Shown piece after piece: positions 54,850-64,000 of a stretch of 64,000 nt of DNA. The notes under the pieces were generated by a model. That model saw only the letters and a list, made by a program, of their open reading frames with translations, made no database searches and was not told the origin of the DNA. Both the position numbers and the translations under genes were made by a program. Source of the DNA: an uncultured Planctomycetota bacterium (GTDB lineage: Bacteria > Planctomycetota > Planctomycetia > Isosphaerales > Isosphaeraceae); assembly GCA_963737655.1 (NCBI GenBank), contig CAVTTN010000002.1:4992001-5056000 (forward strand), given 5' to 3'. The stretch's first letter is position 1; each line of letters begins with the position of its first letter.

Positions 54850-56079
54850 TCAGGAGATCGGCATCGGCAGGAAGGGGACGCGCTCCCCGGGGTCGTGGTC
54901 GTGGTCGCCGGCCGGGAAGCCGAGGAAGCCGTCGGCCCGCGACACCGAGAGCAGGTCCGACGACCCGCTCCATGGCAACGGCTCGAACCAGTCCGTCCCG
55001 TCGTCCCGGTCGGCCCGACGCGCCGGATGGAACGTCGGCCGGTCCCCTCGGTGGCGAAACGGGGCCGCGAGCCGGACGACCGGGAAGGATGGGGTGCCGG
55101 GGATGGCCTTGCCGGCGAGCTTCGCCAGGGCCGGCGCGACGAACAGGAGGAACCCGACAATCCCGCTGACCGGGTTCCCGGGCAACCCGAAGACCAGGGT
55201 AGGCGGGGCGTCCTCGCGGGCCGTCGCCACTCCGAAGAGCAAGGGCTTTCCGGGTTTGAGGCGAACCTTGTGGAACACCCGCTCGACGCCCAATCGCTCC
55301 AGGGCCTCCGGGACGAGGTCGTGACTGCCGGCCGAGACCCCCCCGCAGACGATCAGGACGTCCGAGCCGGCAAGGGCCGAGGAGAGGCGGTCGATCAGGG
55401 TATCCAGGTGGTCCGGGGCGGCGGGGAAGACTCGGGGTTCGGCGCCGACGGAACGCGTGAGGGCGGCGAGGATGGTTCCGTTCGATTCGCGGATCTGCCC
55501 CGGGCCCGGCATCTCCCCCATTTTGGCGAGCTCGTCGCCGGTCGGGACGATCGCGACCCGCGGCGAGGGGATCGCCAGGACCTCGGTCCGGCCGACGCTC
55601 GCCAGGACGCCGAGCCGGGCCGGTCCGAGCCGATCTCTGGGTTCCGCAATGACTTGCGACGCTTCCATCTCGCGGCCCCGGCGCATCCGGCCCTCGCCGG
55701 GGCGGACCGGGCCGGGGACCAGGACGATCGGGCCGTCGAAGGCGACCTTCTCCACCATCACCACCGAGTCGGCCCCGGTCGGCAGGGGGGCGCCGGTCAT
55801 GATCGCGGCGGCGTCTCCGGGTTCGAGAGGGCGGGAGGGGGTCCGGCCGGCGGTGATCTCCTCGACGATCCGCAACCGCCACGGGCCGGGACCGGGGCAG
55901 TCGGCGGCCCGGACCGCGAAGCCATCGACGATCGCCTTGTCGAACGGTGGGGAATCCCGGTCCGAGGCCACCGATTCGGCCAGGACGCGCCCGAGCGCCT
56001 CGGCGAGCGGAACTCGCTGTGGAGGCAGGGGATAGGCCCGGCCGACCACGTCGCGATACGCCTCCTCGACGCTCCGCAT
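54850..56079 (-). CDS. moeA: Molybdopterin molybdenumtransferase
   Basis: GRVLAE, PPFDKAIVDGFA, IMTGAPLP, TGDEL, GGVSAG, KPGKP, GLPGNP. Confidence 0.95.
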   Translation of the reverse strand: MRSVEEAYRDVVGRAYPLPPQRVPLAEALGRVLAESVASDRDSPPFDKAIVDGFAVRAADCPGPGPWRLRIVEEITAGRTPSRPLEPGDAAAIMTGAPLPTGADSVVMVEKVAFDGPIVLVPGPVRPGEGRMRRGREMEASQVIAEPRDRLGPARLGVLASVGRTEVLAIPSPRVAIVPTGDELAKMGEMPGPGQIRESNGTILAALTRSVGAEPRVFPAAPDHLDTLIDRLSSALAGSDVLIVCGGVSAGSHDLVPEALERLGVERVFHKVRLKPGKPLLFGVATAREDAPPTLVFGLPGNPVSGIVGFLLFVAPALAKLAGKAIPGTPSFPVVRLAAPFRHRGDRPTFHPARRADRDDGTDWFEPLPWSGSSDLLSVSRADGFLGFPAGDHDHDPGERVPFLPMPIS

Positions 56080-56100
56080 CCCCGCCTCCTCCGTCCCGGG

Positions 56101-56670
56101 TCATCGCCCGATGAAGTTCCTGAGAAGGTCGATCCCGCGTTCGGTCAGGAAGCTCTCGGGGTGATACTGAACGCCTTCAAGCGGAAACGATCGATGCCGA
56201 ACGCCCATGATTTCTCCCCGATCGGTCTGGGCGACGACCTCGAAGGCGTCGGGGAGGGTCCCGGGACGGATCACCAGGCTGTGATATCTCGTGGCCTCGA
56301 ACGGGTTGGGCATCCCCCGGTAGATGCCCAGGCCGTCGTGGTGGATCTGCGAGGTTTTCCCGTGCATGATCCGGTCGGCCCGGACGATCTCGGCCCCGAA
56401 GGTGTGGCCGATGCACTGATGGCCGAGGCAGACGCCCAGGATCGGCACGGTCGGGGCGAACCGCTCGACCACGGCGTTGGAGATGCCGGCCTCGCGGGGG
56501 GTACACGGGCCGGGGGAGATGATGATGTGCGACGGGGCAAGCTGGGCAATTTCGTCGGGCGAGATCCGGTCGTTCCGGGCGACGAGGAGGTCGAGCCCGG
56601 GGTCGATCTCGCCGAGCCTCTGCACGAGGTTGTAGGTAAACGAGTCGTAATTATCGATCAGGACGATCAT
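56101..56670 (-). CDS. trpG: Glutamine amidotransferase subunit of anthranilate/aminodeoxychorismate synthase (TrpG/PabA)
   Basis: IDNYDSFTYNL, SPGPC, GVCLGHQ, RYHSL, GVQYHPES. Confidence 0.93.
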   Translation of the reverse strand: MIVLIDNYDSFTYNLVQRLGEIDPGLDLLVARNDRISPDEIAQLAPSHIIISPGPCTPREAGISNAVVERFAPTVPILGVCLGHQCIGHTFGAEIVRADRIMHGKTSQIHHDGLGIYRGMPNPFEATRYHSLVIRPGTLPDAFEVVAQTDRGEIMGVRHRSFPLEGVQYHPESFLTERGIDLLRNFIGR

Positions 56671-56895
56671 GCCGGCCCCTCGGGATCGGCCCCGGGCGGG
56701 GTTTCGCCGCCGGAGGGCCCTCGGAATCGGATCGTAACGTCTTTTCCGCGAGACCGGAAGGGAAACGAGGGCGAGAGGGCCGGCTCGGGCGAGGAAGCGC
56801 GGGTAGACTGGGCGGTGATGCCCGGGATGGCAGGGCGCGACGCCCCTTCGGCCGGCTTCGGGCGCATTCTCGTCACGGAGGGGGAGGAGGAGCTC

Positions 56896-57366
56896 ATGGC
56901 CGCCTCAATCGCCTCGCTGGCCCTGGCCCTGTCGGTCGCCTCGACCGGGGGGATCTTCCACAACAAGGGCGGGGGCTTCATCATGCCGCCCGGTCCGGGC
57001 TACGGTTGGGGATTCCCCAACGGGGCGCCCGACGGCTACGGCTACGTCGACTACGGTCCGTACCTGCCCCTGGGCGCCGATCGGACGCCCGAGTACCACT
57101 TCCCCCGGAACTTCGCCCTGCCGCCGCTTCAACTGGTCCCGAGCACCTATTACAACCCGTATGTGACCCGAGGCCAGCGCTACATTGCCTATGTGGGCTG
57201 CGGAGGCGCCCATCCGGCCGGAGGGCCGCCGATGGCGTCGGCCGAGACGCCGTTCTCCCCCAACGGAGTCCCGCCCTCGGGCGTGCCGGTCGTCCCGCCT
57301 CCGAGGTATTCCGGGAGGACCGAGGCGCCCGCGGTGCCATCGGGCGGGACCGGCCTGATCCCGTGA
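56896..57366 (+). CDS. Secreted Pro/Gly/Tyr-rich hypothetical protein
   Basis: GGAGGAGG RBS, N-terminal signal-like segment. Confidence 0.7.
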   Translation: MAASIASLALALSVASTGGIFHNKGGGFIMPPGPGYGWGFPNGAPDGYGYVDYGPYLPLGADRTPEYHFPRNFALPPLQLVPSTYYNPYVTRGQRYIAYVGCGGAHPAGGPPMASAETPFSPNGVPPSGVPVVPPPRYSGRTEAPAVPSGGTGLIP

Positions 57367-57456
57367 GTGTTCGGGTGCATGCAAGGCCCGCTCGTCCGTC
57401 CCACCCGGGACGAGCGGCCTTGCATGGGGTGTAGCTCCCGAATCTGGAGTTTGTTC

Positions 57457-57488
57457 GGGTGCCCCCGGTTCTTGAACCGGGGGCACCC
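57457..57488. repeat. GGGTG-footed 15-bp-stem palindrome (REP-like singlet)
   Basis: GGGTGCCCCCGGTTC-TT-GAACCGGGGGCACCC. Confidence 0.55.
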
Positions 57489-57736
57489 CATATGGTTCCA
57501 GGATCCAGAGCGATACCCCCCTTGTAGTATGCACCCGGCGAGTTTTTTTCGGGGACGATCGAACCAAAGTCCGGGCCCGATCGTAGCCGAAGGGCAGGGT
57601 TTGCCTCCTCGCCTCCCTGTCCGCCTCCCCGGCGGATCTCTTCGCCCTCATTCGCCCCTATTTTGACTTCATCCCCGAGCCGGCTCCGGGCCCGGGGAGG
57701 ATGACCCCCGGCTTCTCCTTGAGAAAGCGTCCCGAG

Positions 57737-58666
57737 ATGAACCGCGACGTCGTCATCGAGACCCGCAACCTGACGAAGGTCTACCGCGACTTCTGGGGCC
57801 GACCCAAGGTCATGGCGCTCAAGGCGTTGGACCTCAAGGTCTACAAGGGGGAGATCTTCGGTCTCCTCGGCCCCAACGGCTCGGGCAAGACCACGACGAT
57901 CAAGCTGTTGCTCGGCCTGTTGTTCCCGACCGAGGGGGACGCCCTGATCTTCGGCGAGCCGACGCAGAACGTCGCCAAGAACGAGAGGATCGGCTACCTC
58001 CCCGAGGAGTCGTACCTGTACAAATTCCTCAACGCCGAGGAGACCCTCCACTTCTACGGCCGATTGTTCAAGATGAGCACGGCCGAGAGGAAGAAGAGGG
58101 TCAACCGCCTGATCGACATGGTGGGCATCACCGCCGCCAAGCACCGGCAGCTCCGCGAGTATTCCAAGGGGATGCAGAGGCGGATCGGCCTGGCCCAGGC
58201 TTTGATCAACGACCCGGAATTGATCCTCCTGGACGAGCCGACCTCGGGCCTCGACCCGATCGGCACGGCCCAGATGAAGGACCTGATCCGCGACCTTCGC
58301 GACACCCAGGGCAAGACGATCGTCCTCTCGGGCCACCTGCTGGCCGACATGCAGGACATCTGCGACCGGATCGCGATCCTCCACCGCGGGGAGCTGAAGG
58401 AGATCGGCAAGGTGTCCGATCTGCTAACGGTGCAAGACATTACGCAGATCAAGACCCGGGACCTGCCGGAGGCGGCCCTGGCCGAGATCCGCGAGGTGGT
58501 GGCGCGTCACGGGGCGGAGCTGGTGGCCGTCGATCACCCGACGACGACCCTGGAAGAGCTGTTCCTGAGGATCGTCCGCGAGAGCGACCTGCACCCGGGG
58601 CGTCGCCGGGTGGCGTCGGACCAGCCGTCCCCCCCGGTGAAGACCGGCGGCGGGATCGATCCCTGA
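57737..58666 (+). CDS. ABC transporter ATP-binding protein (ABC-2/exporter type)
   Basis: GPNGSGKTT Walker A, YSKGMQRR signature, [16 protein letters not shown]. Confidence 0.95.
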   Translation: MNRDVVIETRNLTKVYRDFWGRPKVMALKALDLKVYKGEIFGLLGPNGSGKTTTIKLLLGLLFPTEGDALIFGEPTQNVAKNERIGYLPEESYLYKFLNAEETLHFYGRLFKMSTAERKKRVNRLIDMVGITAAKHRQLREYSKGMQRRIGLAQALINDPELILLDEPTSGLDPIGTAQMKDLIRDLRDTQGKTIVLSGHLLADMQDICDRIAILHRGELKEIGKVSDLLTVQDITQIKTRDLPEAALAEIREVVARHGAELVAVDHPTTTLEELFLRIVRESDLHPGRRRVASDQPSPPVKTGGGIDP

Positions 58667-58749
58667 TCCCGGGGTCTCGGGCCGCCGTCTCCGTCCGTCG
58701 ATGCCAACCCTGACGAACATCCCGCGACAATCCCCAATCTGGTGAGGCG

Positions 58750-61164
58750 ATGCTGACGCTCCTGGCACAGGCCCCCGGCGCCCCGGTGGTCGAGATCCCC
58801 GACTGGCTCCAGTGGTTGTTCGTCGTCGGCGAGCCGTCGATCACCGACGGTCGGGCCTTCGGCGGCATCCTGACCTGGGCGAAGGTCCTCGGGCTGTTCT
58901 GCCTGCTGGCCTGGGTGGCCGGCTGGCTCCTGGCCAAGCCCAAGGGGTCCGGCGCGGCCCGGCCGGTCAGCTCGGCCAAGCTGTACTGGCTGCTGGCCGT
59001 CCTCGGGATCGGCCTGCTCTCGGCGTTCCTCGGCGTCCTGGACGAGACCGAGAGGCTGAAGCTCGCCCCGATCGGCCGGTTCAAGCCGGCGACGCTGCTC
59101 GCCGTCCTCTCCGGGGCGGGGATGCTCGCCCTGGTCGAGTGGCAGCTCTGGTCGGTCCTCCTGAAGAGGAAGGCGACGGCCGAACTCGTCGTCCTGGTCC
59201 TGATCCACGCCGCGTTCCTCCTCGGCACCGTCGCGGCTTTCCAGGTCTACCGGATCGACCTGGCTTACGTCCGCGCCCGCAGGATGGACCCGAGGTTCGT
59301 CCACGACTGGACGTTCTACGGCCCCCGCCTGGGCGCCACGTTCGCCGGGCTGGTGGTCCTGGCGAGGATGACGGTGGAGATCCTGGTCGAGGTCGTGAAC
59401 CTCCGGCCCCGGCGGCTGTACGCGATCGCGTGGCAGAGCGTCGTCGAGGCGATTCGGAGGATGTGGGCGCCCTGGGTGGTCCTGGCGCTGTTCATCGTGA
59501 TCCTGGCCTTCACCCACTGGTTCCTCCGGTCCGGGGAGAGGGATGCCGAGCTCAGCCGGATGTACGTGGTCACGCTCACCCTGGTGACGACGGGGCTGTT
59601 GCTGACGATGGTCGGGATCGTGGCGCCGATCTCCCTGCCGACGGACATCCGCACCCAGACGATCTACACGATCGTCTCCAAGCCCGTGAGGCGGTTGGAG
59701 TTAATCTGGGGGCGGCTGATCGGTTACATGGCCCTGGTGACGGTCCTGGTCCTGATTTTCGGGGTGATCAGCCTGGCGTACATCGACCGGACGGTGGGCG
59801 GGAGGATCGAGGCGGCGCGGGCCCTGGCGGTGAAGTACGCCGAGACCAAGCCGGAATACGCGAAGCTCCAGGCCGCCGCGGCCGATCAGCTCGCGACCCG
59901 GTTGTCGGCGAGGGTGCCGGTGAAGGGGACCCTGACGTTCCGCGACGCCAAGGGTCAGGACCGCAAGAAGGGGATCGACGTCGGCCAGGAGCAGGACATC
60001 CGGAGCCACGTCGAGGGCGCGACCCCCGCCCGGGCGATCTGGCAATACGGGGTCGTGCCCGATCCGTTCAACCCCGGGCGGATGCTGGACCGCCGGGTCC
60101 CGGTGTCGGACCTGCTGAAGTCCGGGACGATCGAATGGACGAGGAACCGGCTGATCGACCTGATGGACGCGCAGGCCACCGCCTCGGGAGCCCGGCCCGG
60201 CCGGCCCGTCGGCCGGGGACGCCTCGAAGAAGGCGGTCGAGCAGGGCCGGAGGGCCGAGGAAGCCGCGACCCTGGAGACCGAGCTCAAGGCGCTGGTCGA
60301 CCGCGAGGCCGACCTCAGGGCCGGGCCCGCTCGTCCCCCTCGGCCGAGGCCGCCGAGCTCCGCCGGGAGGCCGACGAGCTCCACTCGCCGCCGATCGCCG
60401 TCGAGATGACCTTCAACATCTACCGGACGACCAAGGGGACCCTGGGCGAGCCGGTCCTGGCCTCGCTCCGGGCCTATAACCCCCGCCCCGGGGCGAGGGT
60501 CCACCGGGCCCTGTTCCCGGTCCGCGAATATTACACCAATCGCCAGTCGCTCCCGGCCGACATCCTCGTCGGCTCCCACGGGTTCCTGACCGTGGAGATC
60601 GGCTGCGAGACGCCCAACCAGTACCTGGGGATGGCCGAGCCGGATTTCTACATCCTCTCCAGCCAGGGCGGGTTCCGGCTGAACTTCATGAAGGGCCTGT
60701 TCGGGATCTGGGTCCAGGCGATGGTCCTGACGGCCATCGGCCTGTTCGCCGGGTCGTTCCTGAGCTGGCCGGTGGCCCTGCTGACGACGATCTTCTTCTT
60801 CCTCGCCGGGGAGCTGGCCTTCGGCATCCTCGCCGAGCTGTCGATGAGGGCCCAGCTCGTCGGCGGAGGCTCGTTCGAGTCGCTGGTCCGGCTCCTGGGC
60901 CACCAGAACATGATGAACACCCTGGCGCCCACGCCCGAGGTGATCGCGGCCAAGACGGCCGATACGCTGGTCGTCCCGGTGATGTCCCGGCTGGTCTACC
61001 TGATCCCGAACTTCGGCGCCATGGACGTCACCAACGCCGTGAGCGACGGCTTCGCCGTGACCTGGAAGGACATCCTCAACCTGATGCTCCTGGGCCTGGG
61101 GTACGCCCTGCCGTTCTCCGTGGCCGGATATCTCATCCTGAAAAATCGCGAGGTGGCCGCATGA
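58750..61164 (+). CDS. Large ABC-2-type permease with extracytoplasmic insertion; probable pair of compensating frameshifts at ~60190-60330
   Basis: LPTDIRTQTIYTIVSKPVRRLELIWGRLIG motif, many TMs, ILKNREVAA end; off-frame-looking Arg/Gly/Pro stretch has a natural alternative frame (DASKKAVEQG..ETELKALVDREADLR). Confidence 0.85.
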   Translation: MLTLLAQAPGAPVVEIPDWLQWLFVVGEPSITDGRAFGGILTWAKVLGLFCLLAWVAGWLLAKPKGSGAARPVSSAKLYWLLAVLGIGLLSAFLGVLDETERLKLAPIGRFKPATLLAVLSGAGMLALVEWQLWSVLLKRKATAELVVLVLIHAAFLLGTVAAFQVYRIDLAYVRARRMDPRFVHDWTFYGPRLGATFAGLVVLARMTVEILVEVVNLRPRRLYAIAWQSVVEAIRRMWAPWVVLALFIVILAFTHWFLRSGERDAELSRMYVVTLTLVTTGLLLTMVGIVAPISLPTDIRTQTIYTIVSKPVRRLELIWGRLIGYMALVTVLVLIFGVISLAYIDRTVGGRIEAARALAVKYAETKPEYAKLQAAAADQLATRLSARVPVKGTLTFRDAKGQDRKKGIDVGQEQDIRSHVEGATPARAIWQYGVVPDPFNPGRMLDRRVPVSDLLKSGTIEWTRNRLIDLMDAQATASGARPGRPVGRGRLEEGGRAGPEGRGSRDPGDRAQGAGRPRGRPQGRARSSPSAEAAELRREADELHSPPIAVEMTFNIYRTTKGTLGEPVLASLRAYNPRPGARVHRALFPVREYYTNRQSLPADILVGSHGFLTVEIGCETPNQYLGMAEPDFYILSSQGGFRLNFMKGLFGIWVQAMVLTAIGLFAGSFLSWPVALLTTIFFFLAGELAFGILAELSMRAQLVGGGSFESLVRLLGHQNMMNTLAPTPEVIAAKTADTLVVPVMSRLVYLIPNFGAMDVTNAVSDGFAVTWKDILNLMLLGLGYALPFSVAGYLILKNREVAA

Positions 61165-62621
61165 GCCAGGGACCCTCTCCGTCTGCCCCGAAGCCGCCGG
61201 CCACGTCGTCCGCGACGATGGCCCAGGCGGCCCGCAATCGCCAGATCGCCTACGCCCTGGGGATCGTCCTCCTCTTCGGCGCCATGTGGCCCTACAGCGA
61301 GTTCCTCGCCGAGAGGAAGAGGACCGAGGACCTGGGCGAGGCCACCATCGGCCAGATCGACACCGGCGGGTTCATGCTCAAGCTGTTCATGATCGGCGGC
61401 TTCCGCGGGATCGTGGTGAACAAGCTGTGGCAGACGGCCCACGAGTACGAGCGGGTCCACGAGTGGGACAAGCTCAAGAGCAACGTGGACTTCATCACCA
61501 AGCTCCAGCCCCACTTCCTCTCGATCTGGACCTTCCAGGGCTGGAACCTCGCCTACAACGTCTCGGTCGAGTGGGACGCCCCCGAGGACAAGTACGTCTG
61601 GATCAAGAAGGGGATCAACTTCCTCCGCGAAGGCGTCTCCAAGAACCGCGACAAGCCCGACCTGATCTGGGACACCGCCTGGACCTATTACCACAAGCTG
61701 GGGTTCGCCGACGAGGCGATCATCCTCCGCCGCCTCTTCCGCGACGACCCCGACGACGACGGCTCGAACTTCAAGCGCGAGCCGTATCGCCAGATCGACC
61801 GCGACGACAACTTCCTCCTGGGCTGGGGCTGGTTCAAGCTCGCCGTCGACGACGTGGACAAGAACGGGGGCCAGCGGGTCGACACGAACCTGGAGGACGA
61901 CGTCCGCTACGTCGATCGCCCGACCCAGCACAAGGGCCGGCCCGGCGACCTGGCCTTCCGCACCATGCCCGCCCACGCCCAGACCCGGTACGCCGCCGCC
62001 CTGGAGAAGCAGTCGGTCAGGGACATCCCCGCCACCTTCGGCGGCAAGGCCGCCGCCGAATGGGACCGCGCCGACAAGGAATGGGACCTCTTCGGCGAGT
62101 ACGAATGGCCGGCCTTCCGGTACGAGGACCAGCCCGTCCAGGTCGGCTGGTCCATGAAGCCCAAGGCCCTCAAGACCCTCACCGAACCCCAGAAGTACTG
62201 GACCGACCGCTGGGCCGGCCAGACCAACTTCCGGTTCTGGAAGGACCGGTCCCAGACCGAGAAGACCCTCGCCGCCGTCGACGCCCGCGAACTCCTGTAC
62301 AACGGCACCAAGGCCCTGAAGTCGGCCAACTTCCCCCTGGCCGTCGAGATGTATGGCAAGGGCCTGGTCGCCTGGGAGAACGTGCTCAAGGGCCACCCCA
62401 TCTTCCGCAATGACGACCTGAACAAGAAAGACATCCGCCACTACGTCCGCCGCTACCTGCTCTCGCTCAAGCAGATCGGCGAGAAGGAGCCCGAGACCCA
62501 CCCGTTCGAGGACCTCACCAAGGGCCCCGAGCCGGACTACACGCCCGACCCGTTCGACCAGCTCGAGATGACCCGGACCGCACCCCGGACCTCGCCGGGA
62601 GGACCCGCCGGACCGAAGTAG
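61161..62621 (+). CDS. Membrane-anchored helical hypothetical protein of the ABC module
   Basis: ATGA overlap with permease; N-terminal TM; GGFRG..LW, LQPHFLSIWTFQGWNLAYNVSVE. Confidence 0.85.
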   Translation: MSQGPSPSAPKPPATSSATMAQAARNRQIAYALGIVLLFGAMWPYSEFLAERKRTEDLGEATIGQIDTGGFMLKLFMIGGFRGIVVNKLWQTAHEYERVHEWDKLKSNVDFITKLQPHFLSIWTFQGWNLAYNVSVEWDAPEDKYVWIKKGINFLREGVSKNRDKPDLIWDTAWTYYHKLGFADEAIILRRLFRDDPDDDGSNFKREPYRQIDRDDNFLLGWGWFKLAVDDVDKNGGQRVDTNLEDDVRYVDRPTQHKGRPGDLAFRTMPAHAQTRYAAALEKQSVRDIPATFGGKAAAEWDRADKEWDLFGEYEWPAFRYEDQPVQVGWSMKPKALKTLTEPQKYWTDRWAGQTNFRFWKDRSQTEKTLAAVDARELLYNGTKALKSANFPLAVEMYGKGLVAWENVLKGHPIFRNDDLNKKDIRHYVRRYLLSLKQIGEKEPETHPFEDLTKGPEPDYTPDPFDQLEMTRTAPRTSPGGPAGPK

Positions 62622-62647
62622 CCCCGCCCCGACACACCCCTTGCCGA

Positions 62648-62954
62648 GATCATCGGAACCACGGCCCGCGCCGATCGCCCAATCCGGACGATCGGCGCGG
62701 GCCGTCCCGTTTCGGGAATCCGCATGTTGATGGGCTGATGGATTTCGTGGCCCCGCCATGTGCGTCCTTCGGGACTCGTTTCGAGGCCGGGCGACCCGGC
62801 GACCCCTCGTCGCAACGTCTTCGAAGAACGCGGGTTGGGGCGATCACTGAAAAATGGGAAAGAATGTCGCGATCTCCGCGCGCACGAGTCGTTGCGCGCG
62901 GAAAACGCCTTGTTTTTCCGCCGATCCGGCGCATTTCGCGAGGAAAGTGTAGTC
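62648..62954 (-). other. Conserved multi-motif intergenic element, copy B
   Basis: Reverse-complement homolog of 13170-13489 with matching motif order and spacing. Confidence 0.65.
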
Positions 62955-63172
62955 CAGTTATTGGATCGCCAAGATCCAGACGTGCCGACTGTTCGAATTT
63001 TTCCGCGTCCGGAAGGCGTCGGATTCTTCCAGATCCGTGGATGCATTTCTCTCGCTTCGGGCGGGCGCTTTCGAGCCGAGGATTCGCTCATCCCCTCATG
63101 CGTGGCACCCGAAGAAACCGAACGTTTGACGACTCGTCTTCGGCGGCAATGTTCGCATTTTTCGCCGTCGTC

Positions 63173-63264
63173 CCCGGGTGGCATGCTTACGTCCTCGTCA
63201 GCATGTCTTCGATTGGGGCCCTGACCGAAGACATGCTGACGAGGACGTAAGCATGCCACCCGGG
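63173..63264. repeat. GGGTGGCATG-family palindromic doublet
   Basis: 39-bp perfect arms; spacer TTGGGGCCCTGAC shared with the copy at 36101. Confidence 0.92.
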
Positions 63265-63377
63265 TCGGACCCTCATCGGGGCGGCAGGAGATCATGCTTG
63301 ATGAAGCGTTTTGCCCGGCCGAGGCCCGCGGGTTCCCCATCCGGGGCGTTCGTCGCGTGGAGGCGGACGGCTGACCA

Positions 63378-63406
63378 CTGACAACCCGGGGCGGAGTGCC
63401 TACGAT
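63378..63406 (+). promoter_or_regulatory. Possible sigma-70 promoter for mqnD
   Basis: CTGACA-17bp-TACGAT ~80 bp upstream of the ATG. Confidence 0.35.
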
Positions 63407-63484
63407 AAGGGGGTTGCCGGGCCCCCGTTCGATCGGCCCGTTCTCCCTCGTCTCGACGGACCCCGCCCGATCGGCGGGAAGATC

Positions 63485-64000
63485 ATGACCACGACCGCCC
63501 CTCCGAGGACCGTCCGGGTCGGCCATAGCCCGGACTCCGATGATGCGTTCATGTTCTACGCGCTGACCCACGACAAGCTCGGCGCCACCGGCCTGACCTT
63601 CGTCCACCAGCTCGAGGACATCGAGACCCTCAACCGCCGGGCCCTGGAGGGCGAGCTGGAGGTCTCGGCCGTCTCGATCCACGCGTTTGCGCACCTGGCC
63701 GACAAGTATGCGTTGCTGGCCTCCGGGTGCAGCATGGGGGACCGCTACGGCCCGAAGCTGATCACCCGCGAGCCCGCGACCCTGGACGACGTCCGGGGCA
63801 AGACGATCGCGATCCCCGGGACGCTGACCACGGCGTACCTGACCTTGCAGCTCTGCCTGGGCAAGGACGTGAAGGTCCGGGTCATGCCGTTCGACCAGAT
63901 CCTCCCGGCGGTGGCGGAGGGCCAGGTCGAGGTCGGGCTGATCATCCACGAGGGGCAGCTCTATTACGGGTCGAAAGGTCTTCACCAGGTCCTGGACCTC
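63485..64000 (+). CDS. mqnD: 1,4-dihydroxy-6-naphthoate synthase family (futalosine menaquinone pathway), truncated by the window edge
   Basis: VGHSPDSDDAFMFYAL, DIETLN, SMGDRYGPKL, IPGTLTTA, GLIIHEGQL (translated by hand; absent from the ORF track). Confidence 0.88.
   Translation, partial: MTTTAPPRTVRVGHSPDSDDAFMFYALTHDKLGATGLTFVHQLEDIETLNRRALEGELEVSAVSIHAFAHLADKYALLASGCSMGDRYGPKLITREPATLDDVRGKTIAIPGTLTTAYLTLQLCLGKDVKVRVMPFDQILPAVAEGQVEVGLIIHEGQLYYGSKGLHQVLDL

Noticed and set aside
52648..56890. Very long antisense/alternative-frame ORFs (e.g. 52648..57366, 17378..22012, 20639..23986, 3749..6454)
   Set aside because: Arg/Pro/Gly-rich shadows of real genes caused by stop-codon scarcity at high GC; only sub-segments with their own starts were kept.

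Overview
High-GC bacterial DNA, most likely Planctomycetota (Isosphaeraceae-like). This is inferred from the groEL-groES-groEL operon, Hanks-type kinases, PEP-CTERM and LEPR-XLL-type secreted proteins, and planctomycete-type BON/lipoprotein genes. Gene content is mostly housekeeping: sodA, chaperonins, lplA-sucAB-lpdA, pdhABC-lpdA, acnA, purM, hisE, trmB, lnt, moeA, a TrpG/PabA-type gene, dsbD and mqnD, plus envelope and signalling genes. About ten otherwise intact genes carry single-base frameshifts, most simply read as assembly indel errors. The notable signal is non-coding. (i) A ~310-320 bp intergenic element occurs twice, 50 kb apart and in opposite orientation (13170-13489 +, 62648-62954 -); only short motifs at largely identical spacing are conserved, and each copy has the same REPIN-like doublet upstream. 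It is a candidate structured RNA or multi-site DNA element. (ii) Several families of palindromic REP/REPIN-like elements are present, including a GTAG-tagged family whose tag supplies the stop codon of four genes, a nested element and a cargo-carrying variant. No transposase, CRISPR array, tRNA or rRNA was recognised. All calls are by eye from the sequence and ORF track; no searches were run.
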